Below, one piece after another: positions 40,121 through 49,430 of a DNA stretch of 64,000 bases. The position numbers and the translations under genes were made by a program. The notes under the pieces are model-generated. The model was given only the letters and a program-made list of their open reading frames with translations, ran no database searches and was not told the origin of the DNA. The stretch lies in the NCBI GenBank assembly GCA_011364985.1, contig RDOC01000003.1, positions 96,001 to 160,000 on the forward strand, given 5' to 3'. Source of the stretch: Candidatus Thorarchaeota archaeon. Its GTDB lineage: Archaea > Asgardarchaeota > Thorarchaeia > Thorarchaeales > Thorarchaeaceae. Positions within the stretch are counted from its first letter, which is position 1; every line of letters starts with the position of its first letter.

Positions 40121-41114
40121 TGAATACAAGGCTGCAGCATTCATCGCTAAAGACTGGCTTCAAATTCATCGTCTTTGCGAAGTCCACTCCTTCTTGACTA
40201 ATGTAGGCCACGCCATTGGCTCCAGACATTATCGCATACTTGTCGCTCTCAATCTTATGTTGACCCAGAGGACGTGCGCACCCCAGTACAACCGGAACTT
40301 TGGGCATTCCCAAACGAGCCACTGTGAGGACTCTTCCAACGATTTCAGGGGAGGGGGCTTCTACCTTGGCCATGGGAGTCTGTCTTGCCGGAATTAGAGC
40401 TATGATAACTACGGCAGAGGGGTGATATTGAGAGATGATATTAAGCGCTGCAATCTCGCCAGCAATTTTGCCATAGTTGAGACCAACCAAGACATGAGGA
40501 GCTGTAGGAATTCCAGTTTCATGGAGAATTTCAAGAGATTCCTTCATTCTATCAGGGCCATTCTTCAAACGGTAGACTGTACTTGCTGTTTCTTCATCAC
40601 CAATGATATCCAGCATGGCAGCATCAATATGGGCTTCCTTTAAGATTGATGCCGTTTCTCGATCTACAAGACCAGTGTGAACGACAACGTTCAGCCCTAG
40701 TTCTTCCTTTACTATCCTTATGGCATTTCCAAACTCAAGCAGTGGAACATGACCCTCGATTGTGGCGCCTCCACTAATCAAGACACCTCTTGCGCCCAGT
40801 TCTTTGAGCCTCCTGCATTTCTCTAAGAGCCTCTCGGGAGTCTTGACATCCTGCATCCCCGCCAGCAGGCGACCTTTGCAGTGTTCACAACCCAAGGCGC
40901 ACGAAGTGCCTGTGACACTGAGTGATGTGAAAGCATGAGGGCTTTCCTGCTGATGGGCAGGGATGTTATGAGGATATCCTGTTGGACTATAACATAGGAG
41001 ACTCCTTCCAAAGATCTTTCTGCGTGTATTGAGGGCCATGTTCATCCATTGTTCAAGCTCCGACTTGTCGGCACTCAGCAAGGATAGACCATCACGGGTA
41101 ATATCAAAGTCCAC
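40110..41114 (-). CDS. Radical SAM protein, biotin-synthase-related archaeal family
   Basis: SVTG..CALGCEHC, G.LISGG, HTGL, PHV.VGL..G, LGCARP.G, CCS. Confidence 0.88.
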   Translation of the reverse strand: MDFDITRDGLSLLSADKSELEQWMNMALNTRRKIFGRSLLCYSPTGYPHNIPAHQQESPHAFTSLSVTGTSCALGCEHCKGRLLAGMQDVKTPERLLEKCRRLKELGARGVLISGGATIEGHVPLLEFGNAIRIVKEELGLNVVVHTGLVDRETASILKEAHIDAAMLDIIGDEETASTVYRLKNGPDRMKESLEILHETGIPTAPHVLVGLNYGKIAGEIAALNIISQYHPSAVVIIALIPARQTPMAKVEAPSPEIVGRVLTVARLGMPKVPVVLGCARPLGQHKIESDKYAIMSGANGVAYISQEGVDFAKTMNLKPVFSDECCSLVFTMV

Positions 41115-41232
41115 AGTCGTTCCTCAAAACAGCCTCTCTCGCCTATGCTATTAGATTTGCGATTAGCTGCAATATGACAAGAAACAAGTAGTCAAAGCCT
41201 TCATCAAGGTATTCAGCATTTGATAAGTAAAG

Positions 41233-42684
41233 GTGCATATGTTGGTATGTGATGAAATCAAAGGAATTGATGTGTTTTTCAATGCCCGAAATGTTGCGAT
41301 TTATGGTGCTTCTGCAAGTCAGAACAGTGTAGGACAAGCAATAGTTCAGAATTTCATCAAACCACAGTATACGGGGAAAGTTTATGCAGTGAACCCAAAG
41401 TACACCAATGTTCTGGGAGTCCCGTGTTACCCATCATTACAGGAGATTCCAGAGTCTGTAGACTTGGTCGTGGTAGCTATTCCTGCCAGACTTGCCCCCA
41501 GAGTGTTTGAAGACATAGGGAAAAAGGGTGCCAAGGCGGCCATAGTAATATCCGGAGGGTTCTCTGAAACAGGCCCCAAAGGTGCGGAACTGGAAAACGA
41601 AGTAGTTAAATTGGGCAAGAAGTATGGAACTAGAATCATCGGGCCAAATTGCGTTGGGGTCATTGATACGTCTACACATGTAGACACATTCTTCCTTCCG
41701 GAGTACAGATGTGCGAGACCAAAGGCAAGCAATGTTGCCAATATTGCTCTTGTATCTCAATCTGGAGCATTTGCCGCAGCCATCGCAGACTGGACATCAG
41801 AACTTGGCCTGGGAGTAAGTAAAATCATCAGTCTCGGCAATAAATGTGATGTTGATGACGACGATCTCTTATGCTATCTTGGCGATGACTCATCAACTCA
41901 AGTAATCTGCTACTATACGGAAGGCTATGATGGAAACAAAGGCCGTTCCTTTTTCGATACGGCAAGGGAAATCACACCCCATAAACCTGTGCTTGTAGTG
42001 AAGTCAGGAAGAGGAAGTCGTGCCAAGGCTGCTGCAAGCTCACACACGGGTTCCTTGGCAGGATTGGACAGTGTAGCAGATGCTGCGTACAAGCAGTCAG
42101 GCGTGATACGAGCAGACAATTTTGACCAGATGTTCGACATGGCCAAAGCTCTTGCCATGCAGCCTCCTGCTGAAGGCGATAGGGTACTAATGATCACGAA
42201 TGGGGGAGGGCTGGGCGTCATGACCACTGACGCATTGGAAGCGTTAGGCCTTACCATTCCAAATCCATCTTCTGACTTGGAGAGCAAGCTCCGTGAAGAC
42301 TTGCCCGCATATTGTGCCTTTGGCAATCCATTTGATGTGGTGGGTGATGCAGGCGCAGACAGATATGATGCGATATTCAGAGAAGCCATTCCAAGCGGTG
42401 AATACGACATCTTTGTTGTTGGAATGCTTCTTCAGACCCCAAGCTTGGGTATGGAAATAACCAATATTATTGCCAATTATCAGAAGCAGTCTGGAAAGCC
42501 ATTCGTAGTGATATCGATGGGAGGTGGTTTCACCACCAAGGCGGGAGAGATAATGGAGCTGATGGGTGTACCCACTTTTGCAACAGGAGAGAAAGGCGCA
42601 TTGGCAGCAAAAGCTCTGGCAAGATACGGAGAAATCAGACTAGGAGACAAGTTCAATAAGAGTGCAGGAGCAAAGAAATCATAA
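41233..42684 (+). CDS. acdA: ADP-forming acetyl/acyl-CoA synthetase alpha subunit
   Basis: GAS, IIGPNC.G, SQSGA, SLGNK.D, SHTGSLAG phospho-His, TNGGG.GV, NP.D..GDA. Confidence 0.93.
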   Translation: MHMLVCDEIKGIDVFFNARNVAIYGASASQNSVGQAIVQNFIKPQYTGKVYAVNPKYTNVLGVPCYPSLQEIPESVDLVVVAIPARLAPRVFEDIGKKGAKAAIVISGGFSETGPKGAELENEVVKLGKKYGTRIIGPNCVGVIDTSTHVDTFFLPEYRCARPKASNVANIALVSQSGAFAAAIADWTSELGLGVSKIISLGNKCDVDDDDLLCYLGDDSSTQVICYYTEGYDGNKGRSFFDTAREITPHKPVLVVKSGRGSRAKAAASSHTGSLAGLDSVADAAYKQSGVIRADNFDQMFDMAKALAMQPPAEGDRVLMITNGGGLGVMTTDALEALGLTIPNPSSDLESKLREDLPAYCAFGNPFDVVGDAGADRYDAIFREAIPSGEYDIFVVGMLLQTPSLGMEITNIIANYQKQSGKPFVVISMGGGFTTKAGEIMELMGVPTFATGEKGALAAKALARYGEIRLGDKFNKSAGAKKS

Positions 42685-42728
42685 ATAAGAGGAACCGCCA
42701 AGCAAACCAAGAAGGGGTCCATCAAGTC

Positions 42729-43475
42729 ATGAAGATTGCCAAACAGATTTTCAAGCAAGCTCTTGAAGAGGGAAGAACCTTTGTTCTTGAACATGAAGCG
42801 AAGGATATAATGAAGGCATATGGGTTACCAGTGCCAGCTTATGATACCGCAACAACAGCTGAAGCAGCAGCAGAGAAGGCCAAGAAGATTGGATTCCCAG
42901 TTGTACTGAAAATACTCTCGAAAGATATTCTTCACAAATCAGATGCCGGCGGCGTCAAAATCGACCTGAAGAGCGAGGAGGAGGTCAAGGAGGCCTTCTC
43001 AACCATAATGGATAACGCCAGAAAATATGGGAAGGAAAAGGGGATTGAGGTAGACCTTAGCAGAGGGGCATTCATCTCTGATTTTGCAGAAATGGGTACC
43101 GAAGTCATTGTTGGTGTTACAAAAGATCCTCAATTTGGACATGCATTGATGTTTGGACTTGGAGGGATATTTGTTGAGATCCTGAAGGATGTAACCTTCC
43201 GATTAATACCTCTCACCGAGATAGATGCTCGAGAGATGATTTCCGAAATAAAGGCTGCCAAGGTATTGGAGGGAGTGAGAGGACAACAGCCCCGCGACGT
43301 GGATGCCTTGGTTGAAATCATTATGGCTGTTTCAAAAATGGTATCGGAGAATCCTGAGATAAATGAGATTGACTGCAATCCCACGTTTCTTTACGAGAGA
43401 GGAAAAGGTGCCTTGGTGGTTGATGCCCGAATTCTAATCGAAAATCCGAATGAGAAGGCAGCATCTAGCCACTGA
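42729..43475 (+). CDS. acdB: ADP-forming acetyl/acyl-CoA synthetase beta subunit (ATP-grasp)
   Basis: LEHEAK, GFPVVLK..S.DI.HKSDAGGV, DPQFG, FGLGGIFVE, E.D.NP, VDARI. Confidence 0.93.
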   Translation: MKIAKQIFKQALEEGRTFVLEHEAKDIMKAYGLPVPAYDTATTAEAAAEKAKKIGFPVVLKILSKDILHKSDAGGVKIDLKSEEEVKEAFSTIMDNARKYGKEKGIEVDLSRGAFISDFAEMGTEVIVGVTKDPQFGHALMFGLGGIFVEILKDVTFRLIPLTEIDAREMISEIKAAKVLEGVRGQQPRDVDALVEIIMAVSKMVSENPEINEIDCNPTFLYERGKGALVVDARILIENPNEKAASSH

Positions 43476-44661
43476 TGAGATCGTGAAAGAGAACCAAGCT
43501 TCTCTTCAGATCCAAGTCTTGTAAACCTCTGTCACTTGATGCCTTTGTGACTCCAGCCAGTAAGAGCAATAATGCGACCATTCTGGGCACAAGCTTCGCA
43601 TTTTGTAGCAAGAACTCACGGTTCCTCGTAGAGTCCACGAGCAGACCCTCCAGCCGTCGCACAAGGAGAGAGAGCTTCTCATCCACACCAGCATCGAGCT
43701 GTATCTTTCGAAAGAGTGCATTTACTGTTGCTTCGTCCCGGAAATTCTCCTGTGATATGCCAATACTGTTCAATAGCCCCATGGACCCTAGAATAATCGA
43801 ATCGTAATCATCTTCCTCAATCCGTGAGAGTCCTTGCTCCAAGGCCTTGAGCTGAGCTAAAAACTTGAGAGAGTTCGTTAGGATATTTCTTGAAGCACTT
43901 GGCACGGAGAAGGCGATTTTCGCCAGACTTGCTTCATTCAGTCGCTCAAGCCGAGCAGCCACCGAAGACTCCAGTTTTCTCTCGAAGCCCGGGGAAAAGG
44001 CAATCTCTGCAAGCTTGGCAATCTTAGGGTCGGTGGAGATTCGACGGATGGCAGTCAGAGCCTTGAAATCATACAATGGAGTGTAGAAGAGAAGAATTCT
44101 AAGAATATCATAGGCTACCTCAAAATCGCTTTCAGTCGTCACACTACGACCTTGGCTCTTACAGGAAAATCCACTGATGAGAACCCAGCAGGACGCAAAC
44201 CGTTCGCATAATGCCTCGCACGATTTCGTATCGGTGAGTCCGTGATCCTCCAGAAATCGGGCCAGCTTCTCTGCAGCCCCAGCAATGCGTCCGGAAGTCT
44301 CACCCCCTATCTGAACTTGTGATAGAGATAGCATAAACTCTCTGGGGTCTCTTGAAGGAAGCCTAAGCCGAAATCCAGGATCCTCCCTGGTAATGGTCCA
44401 CCATTTGGAGGTAGATGTGAAGTGGTCTAGGATATCAACTGCACCTGTAAGATCGGATATACTAGAGGTGGTACGCCCGTCAAGTATGGTAATCGTTTTA
44501 CATATGGTTTCTAAGAAGTGTGAGAGGTGAATTATGAGCTTTTGACCTGCAAAGACTTGGTGCGAATACCGACCTATGACCGAATCGATATGTGATACAA
44601 TTTCAGTTGGAATTGATGCATCGATCAGTCCTCGATAAATCTCGATTGGGGTCCTTGTCAA
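43465..44661 (-). CDS. Hypothetical all-alpha protein with four ~100-aa AAA+-lid/histone-fold-like repeats
   Basis: Repeat ends GRTTSSISDLTGAVDIL, GRSVTTESDFEVAYDIL, GLSRIEEDDYDSII, DRGLQDLDLKRSLVLF; no P-loop. Confidence 0.6.
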   Translation of the reverse strand: MTRTPIEIYRGLIDASIPTEIVSHIDSVIGRYSHQVFAGQKLIIHLSHFLETICKTITILDGRTTSSISDLTGAVDILDHFTSTSKWWTITREDPGFRLRLPSRDPREFMLSLSQVQIGGETSGRIAGAAEKLARFLEDHGLTDTKSCEALCERFASCWVLISGFSCKSQGRSVTTESDFEVAYDILRILLFYTPLYDFKALTAIRRISTDPKIAKLAEIAFSPGFERKLESSVAARLERLNEASLAKIAFSVPSASRNILTNSLKFLAQLKALEQGLSRIEEDDYDSIILGSMGLLNSIGISQENFRDEATVNALFRKIQLDAGVDEKLSLLVRRLEGLLVDSTRNREFLLQNAKLVPRMVALLLLLAGVTKASSDRGLQDLDLKRSLVLFHDLISG

Positions 44662-44749
44662 GGCTTTATGGCCTCCTCCGCTTCTTCAAGGGGGAAGGTC
44701 ATGAATATCATATAAAATACTGTGTAACCTATTGAACTCCGCTTGGAAT

Positions 44750-45517
44750 TCATTGTCCGAAACGTCTTGACCGCTGCTGGTATGAACGCAGCGCTCTCCA
44801 AATATCGATTCTCCTCACAGCAGGCCAGTATATCTGTGCGAAATAGAGCTCGGAATAAGCTGATTGCCAAAGAAGAAATCCGGAAAGCCGCTCTTCACCT
44901 GAAGTACGTATTATAAGATCTGGGTCTGGAACTCCATTAGTATATAGATGACTCTCTATTACTTCTTCATTAATCTTATCAGGCTCAAGGTCTCCCGCTT
45001 GAATCTTCTGGCCAATAGCCCGGATTGCATCAACTAACTCAGCCCTACCAGAATAGCCAATGGCGACATTGAGAATGTGGTCCTTGTACCCCGTGGTTTC
45101 GTGCTGGGCCTGTACTATTGCGTCTTGGACTTCCTTAGGCAATAGGTCAACGCGGCCAATAGCTCTGATTCTTACTCTATGCCTATGAACATCTGGATTG
45201 CCAACGACCTCAGAGAATTTCTCCTTGGCTATGGCCATAATCTCCTCGACTTCATTCTTTTTCCGTTGGAAGTTCTCAATTGAGAAAGCATAGAGAGTGC
45301 ACACCTTAACGTTGGCCTCCCAGAGTATCTTCAAGACCTCCATGACTTTCTGGGCACCCTTATGATGACCAAACCAAGGAACATTCATGCCATGTTCTCT
45401 AGCGTAACGGCGGTTCCCATCAAGAATAATCCCAACATGACGCGGTGCGTGGTCCTTATCCAACTGACGGTGCAGAAAGTATTCGTACAGCCTATAGACG
45501 GGGCCAGCCAAGTTCAA
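44750..45517 (-). CDS. uppS: cis-prenyltransferase (polyprenyl diphosphate synthase)
   Basis: HVGIILDGNRR, YAFSIENF.R, DLIIRTSGE.RLSGFLLWQS.YSE, R.RRFG. Confidence 0.96.
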   Translation of the reverse strand: MNLAGPVYRLYEYFLHRQLDKDHAPRHVGIILDGNRRYAREHGMNVPWFGHHKGAQKVMEVLKILWEANVKVCTLYAFSIENFQRKKNEVEEIMAIAKEKFSEVVGNPDVHRHRVRIRAIGRVDLLPKEVQDAIVQAQHETTGYKDHILNVAIGYSGRAELVDAIRAIGQKIQAGDLEPDKINEEVIESHLYTNGVPDPDLIIRTSGEERLSGFLLWQSAYSELYFAQIYWPAVRRIDIWRALRSYQQRSRRFGQ

Positions 45518-45591
45518 TAAACAGCACTTCCCAGTTCATGATGAATCAGCGGATGTGTCTTAATAGCCTTGATGCTAGGTGAGCATGTGTA

Positions 45592-45963
45592 CTATATCAT
45601 CTGAGACACCTTATCGGCAGCTCTCTTCATCTCAAGAAAGACCATTCCGAGCTTGGCACTTGCAGTTGTTGAAACCGTTAGGCAGGCATTCATTCCAGCT
45701 TGAACAACAAGCAGCCACCCGTCAACGCCCTTGATATTCACTTGCTCAAGATTCCCCTTTCCAAGCTCTATTGCGGCCTTTTCACCAAGCGTAAGCATTG
45801 CTGCAGTCATCGCAGCAACCTTAGCCTCATCAACATCCGTTGGCAAGGCAGATACAATGGGGAGCCCTTCAACACTCACTATTGCGCATGCCTCAATCTC
45901 AGGTATGCTACCCTGCAGCTCATTCAGCACGCTTTCCAATGTATCTCCGCGGCTCTCTGCCAT
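45592..45963 (-). CDS. Roadblock/LC7 (MglB-like) protein
   Basis: AIVS.EGLPI.S.LP..VDE..VAAM.AA.L.LGE....ELGKG.L, AKLG.V. Confidence 0.93.
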   Translation of the reverse strand: MAESRGDTLESVLNELQGSIPEIEACAIVSVEGLPIVSALPTDVDEAKVAAMTAAMLTLGEKAAIELGKGNLEQVNIKGVDGWLLVVQAGMNACLTVSTTASAKLGMVFLEMKRAADKVSQMI

Positions 45964-45983
45964 TAATTTCACCTAATTGATTA

Positions 45984-46547
45984 TCATTTGTACATCCTTT
46001 TCAGGATGACCTCTCGCGCTATTGCCTGAAAGGCTCTTTTAACTCCTACACCCTGAACAGCAATAGTCTCGTATATCGGAACATTTCCCCCCAGACCCAG
46101 TAGGTCAAGCATCTCATCCCGGGACATCCTGTTGGGTAGATCACGCTTGTTAAGCATGACGACAATCGGAATCTCACGTCCTAGAGCATCACCCAAAAAG
46201 AGCTTTAGCTCTTCGAAACTCTCAGTGTTCTCATCTCGCTGATCTGGCGAAGAGTCGGCAACAAAGAGAATTCCGTCTGTGCCTTGTAACACCACCTTTC
46301 TCTGGTGCCTGTGTCTCTTCTGTCCAGCTACTGTGAATACATCGAAGAGTACACGACCTCCTGCACTCATGGGAACATAATCAAAGAATAATGTGCGGTT
46401 AGTTTCATCTTCGATTGCAGTGAACTCTCCCTTTTGCAGACCCTCCACTTTTCCATAGAGCCACCTGAGAGCTGTGGTCTTACCGCCAAGGGATGGTCCG
46501 TAGAAGACAAGCTTGAGATGTATGCGACCTTGGACGTCCTTCCGCAC
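45984..46547 (-). CDS. MglA-family small GTPase
   Basis: G1 GPSLGGKTT, G2 RTLFFDY, G3 TVAGQ, G4 NKRD, G5 TIA. Confidence 0.93.
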   Translation of the reverse strand: MRKDVQGRIHLKLVFYGPSLGGKTTALRWLYGKVEGLQKGEFTAIEDETNRTLFFDYVPMSAGGRVLFDVFTVAGQKRHRHQRKVVLQGTDGILFVADSSPDQRDENTESFEELKLFLGDALGREIPIVVMLNKRDLPNRMSRDEMLDLLGLGGNVPIYETIAVQGVGVKRAFQAIAREVILKRMYK

Positions 46548-46875
46548 TATCTAGTCACCTCTATCGAATTTTCGCCCGCGAATGTTGGGTTTCTCTTCGT
46601 CACCGTCCGTTCACCTGATTTCCCCGAAAGAGGATGCTAGCACTGCTTCTAAGATCCGAGTTTGAATTCTAGGAAATTGAAGTCCAATAAAAGCCTTTGT
46701 GGCACGAGGAGGTTTCACGGGAAATCTTCATCATGAGCTTGACCCTTCAACTCAATATGAACTGCACAGTGGTGTTGCCAAGCGCAATACAACTGTGTGT
46801 GTTATGTTCGAAGTAGCATGCGCTCAAGTTTAAGCAAGATTGGCTTTTCGTGCTACAATGAACTCATGACTGTTA

Positions 46876-47757
46876 TTATACACTCTCTTTCTTGATGTTT
46901 CTTCTATGATAGACAAGAATCACGATCACTCCGAGCAGCGATAGTCCAATTTCGACCAAGGGCAATCGCAAACCATAGACTGCAACCCACTCATTTAGAT
47001 AGTAGCATCTGAAGTAACCAGAAAGATCAAACCCGTCACCAGACTCACTTCCGCTTATTTGGAAATGCGCCAGCGATTCGTTTCCCTTGTATAAGAGGAC
47101 TGGGAGGCGTTCTGATAAGAACTGGTAGTGCCATTCTCCTTGAATTGTCAGGTTCAGTGAATTAAGGAATGGTATTGTGAATGATACAATTGTGTGAGTC
47201 ATATTTTGGGTATCAGAATCATTGACTATGGTCATTAGGAATAAGACTCTTAGCGTATTATTGTCATAAGCCAAGAGGTCCACGTCCTTAGATAGAGAAC
47301 GAACCTGAATTGTTGATTCGTTGATTAGCATATTCTGAAGGCCATCCAGAATGTACACTTCCTTTGATAAATCGGAAGACGCGATTATCCACGATGTAAA
47401 GTTGAATCTAAATTCGTAACGGGCACCCGGGATTGTAGTATATTCCCGAAAGCCCTGTTTTGTCCCATCTAATAGATTTCTACCGAATGCAACCTGATGC
47501 AAGATGGTGAAACTTCTCATTTCAGTTATTCCTGAAAATGATTGATTCCCTGGTGATGTAATATTGGAACAAAGTGGGAATCCAAATTCATCTAATGGAG
47601 GATCTTGAAGGCGGCCGCCATTTCTGACCAATGCATCGACGGTACCTAGAGCCATTCTTTCGTGACTATAGTCAAAATCAATAGTATACACGCCAAGCAA
47701 CAAAATACCCAGCAAAATAACTACGGTCATCATGAGGATAATCTTGCTATGTTTCAC
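46876..47757 (-). CDS. Hypothetical exported protein with N- and C-terminal membrane anchors
   Basis: N-terminal hydrophobic helix, several N-x-S/T sequons, C-terminal TM plus basic tail; AT-richer than flanks. Confidence 0.65.
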   Translation of the reverse strand: MKHSKIILMMTVVILLGILLLGVYTIDFDYSHERMALGTVDALVRNGGRLQDPPLDEFGFPLCSNITSPGNQSFSGITEMRSFTILHQVAFGRNLLDGTKQGFREYTTIPGARYEFRFNFTSWIIASSDLSKEVYILDGLQNMLINESTIQVRSLSKDVDLLAYDNNTLRVLFLMTIVNDSDTQNMTHTIVSFTIPFLNSLNLTIQGEWHYQFLSERLPVLLYKGNESLAHFQISGSESGDGFDLSGYFRCYYLNEWVAVYGLRLPLVEIGLSLLGVIVILVYHRRNIKKESV

Positions 47758-47825
47758 TTTGTTTCTCCATCAAGAAAAAAGAGAGAAAGGAGATGTAAAT
47801 ACATACCCTACTCAGAGTTTGTCAT

Positions 47826-48300
47826 CCATCTAGAGTGAAGTACTTCCCTTCTGAGACTAAGATAAAATCTATGTGTTTAGGATTATATTGGATTGTCTTG
47901 AAATGCAAGAACATGCTTTCTCTAAGAAGCAATTCAGCATAGGAATCGTCTGAGTGTTCTAGTAAGTTCAAAATATCTCCACTTAGACTGTGCTATGCAG
48001 ATGTTAGAACTAGATTCATGACATCAAATTCAGGTGATTTCTTGGTGTCAATGCCTATGTAATCCAGTTTATGATTGGCCGTCCATCTTAGACGAATATT
48101 CACATTATTTGTTCATCTGGAACTAAATCAATGAGATTATCCGGAGTTAGATTTCTACTAGCCCAACTGATTCTTGGAATAATCACACCAACCTCTTGAT
48201 ATCTGGAGTCAGTAAGAAGACCGACATATATCGAGAATTTCGTGCCTGCATCTGCCCTAAAAACCAGTTTAGCACCATCTGTAGGAGTTCGGGTTCTGAA
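47826..48300 (-). pseudogene. Remnant of an archaeal extracellular-protein C-terminal domain
   Basis: Own translation: AKLVFRAD..K.SI.V...IIPR..WA / frameshift near 48108 / IRLRWTANHKLDYIGIDT...SA*HS.SGD...D..YAEL...F.L..EG.Y. Confidence 0.65.
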
Positions 48301-48429
48301 AGAACAATATAGAACATCGCCAGCAACCCTCTCGAAACATAGACCATCCTCTCTCTGCAGGAGATGGATTACAGAGGCGCCAGATTCCGAAACAGCTGAT
48401 TCTGCAGCCTCTGTGTATTATGTTTGAAA

Positions 48430-48900
48430 TCACACTCGCTCAAGCTCTGCCAAAGCAGACTTGAGATCCTCTTCGTCAAGTTCCTTATCTTTTCCTCCAG
48501 GGGCAATTGGTTCGACTGCAAGGAACTTGTCGAGTTCATCAGCAAGTTGTACACCCTGCTTCTTCATAACAAGACGAATCAAGCCAATGTTGACTTCTGC
48601 CTCAGATACGACGCAGAGTACGCCTTTGCCACAGGCCGATGCGAAAATTTTGCCCTCGCTGAACTCCGATGTGACAATCTCCAATTCTCCAATTTGGAGG
48701 TTCACACCCTGTTCTTCGCTGGCGCAGAATACAGCACTAGCAATCGCACCAATTGAGTCTACGTCGACAGGGTAGTAAGAGAGCTTACTCACATTGGCAA
48801 TTGTTAGTCCTGTCTTGTCAACCAGAATTACTTTCTTGATCCCCTTGTCCTGCCTGATGATCTCAGTCAGGATCTTATCGAAAGCTTTTGGATCGCTCAT
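48430..48900 (-). CDS. Roadblock/LC7 protein with acidic C-terminal helical extension
   Basis: VILVDKTGL.IA, IGAIASAVF.ASE.QG..L..G.L, VNIGLIRL; tail ELDEEDLKSALAELE. Confidence 0.88.
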   Translation of the reverse strand: MSDPKAFDKILTEIIRQDKGIKKVILVDKTGLTIANVSKLSYYPVDVDSIGAIASAVFCASEEQGVNLQIGELEIVTSEFSEGKIFASACGKGVLCVVSEAEVNIGLIRLVMKKQGVQLADELDKFLAVEPIAPGGKDKELDEEDLKSALAELERV

Positions 48901-48917
48901 TCCACTATATCCCCATA

Positions 48918-49214
48918 CTAATTCTTCTTGAGGACCACTAATATCAGGCCCTCCTTTTCATCAGGTGCGATGTTTATTTGTCCGTGTGTTGTGTCCAACG
49001 TGAGGAAGGACAGCGACCCCTCGCGAAGAAGGCGCACCGCATCCAGTGCTTTTCCCACGAGAGAGGTGATGATTGCAGCGATGTTTTCGGTTGTGTCAGA
49101 GTCAAGATCACTGCTTAGCGGCAGTCCTTCCATGGTAGTAATCACTACTCCTCGGACGCCGTCCTGTGCCTTTAGCTTTGACAGGACTTTCTGTAGTTTT
49201 TCTTGACTTATCAA
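48918..49214 (-). CDS. Short Roadblock/LC7 protein (lacks the final helix)
   Basis: L.KL....GVRGVVI.T.EGLPL.S.L......IAA....L...A, L.FL.L.T, LILVVLK. Confidence 0.9.
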   Translation of the reverse strand: MISQEKLQKVLSKLKAQDGVRGVVITTMEGLPLSSDLDSDTTENIAAIITSLVGKALDAVRLLREGSLSFLTLDTTHGQINIAPDEKEGLILVVLKKN

Positions 49215-49314
49215 CCTACGGTGCTCCGCTGTATCATTTGGGCACTTGCCAAATTCCTACGCCGCAGTTGGGTATTTTAGGATTACCGTGATATTGGTTA
49301 GGCAGCTGAGCCCG

Positions 49315-49336
49315 TTTGCGCAAAAGATTGCGCAAT
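49315..49336. promoter_or_regulatory. Tandem palindromes, candidate operator upstream of the Roadblock pair
   Basis: TTTGCGCAAA-AG-ATTGCGCAAT: two perfect 10-bp palindromes sharing a TTGCGCAA core. Confidence 0.45.
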
Positions 49337-49381
49337 TTTGCCAACAACGGTGTTACCCTAGTAATATATCAATGATAAGCT

Positions 49382-49424
49382 AAAAGAAAGAGAGATGAGT
49401 GACGCATCTAAGCGTCACTGCATC
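49382..49424 (-). terminator. Hairpin plus pyrimidine tract after the Sec23/24-like gene
   Basis: AGTGACGC-6nt-GCGTCACT stem, followed on the minus strand by CTCTCTTTCTTTT. Confidence 0.55.
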
Positions 49425-49430
49425 ATTGGA

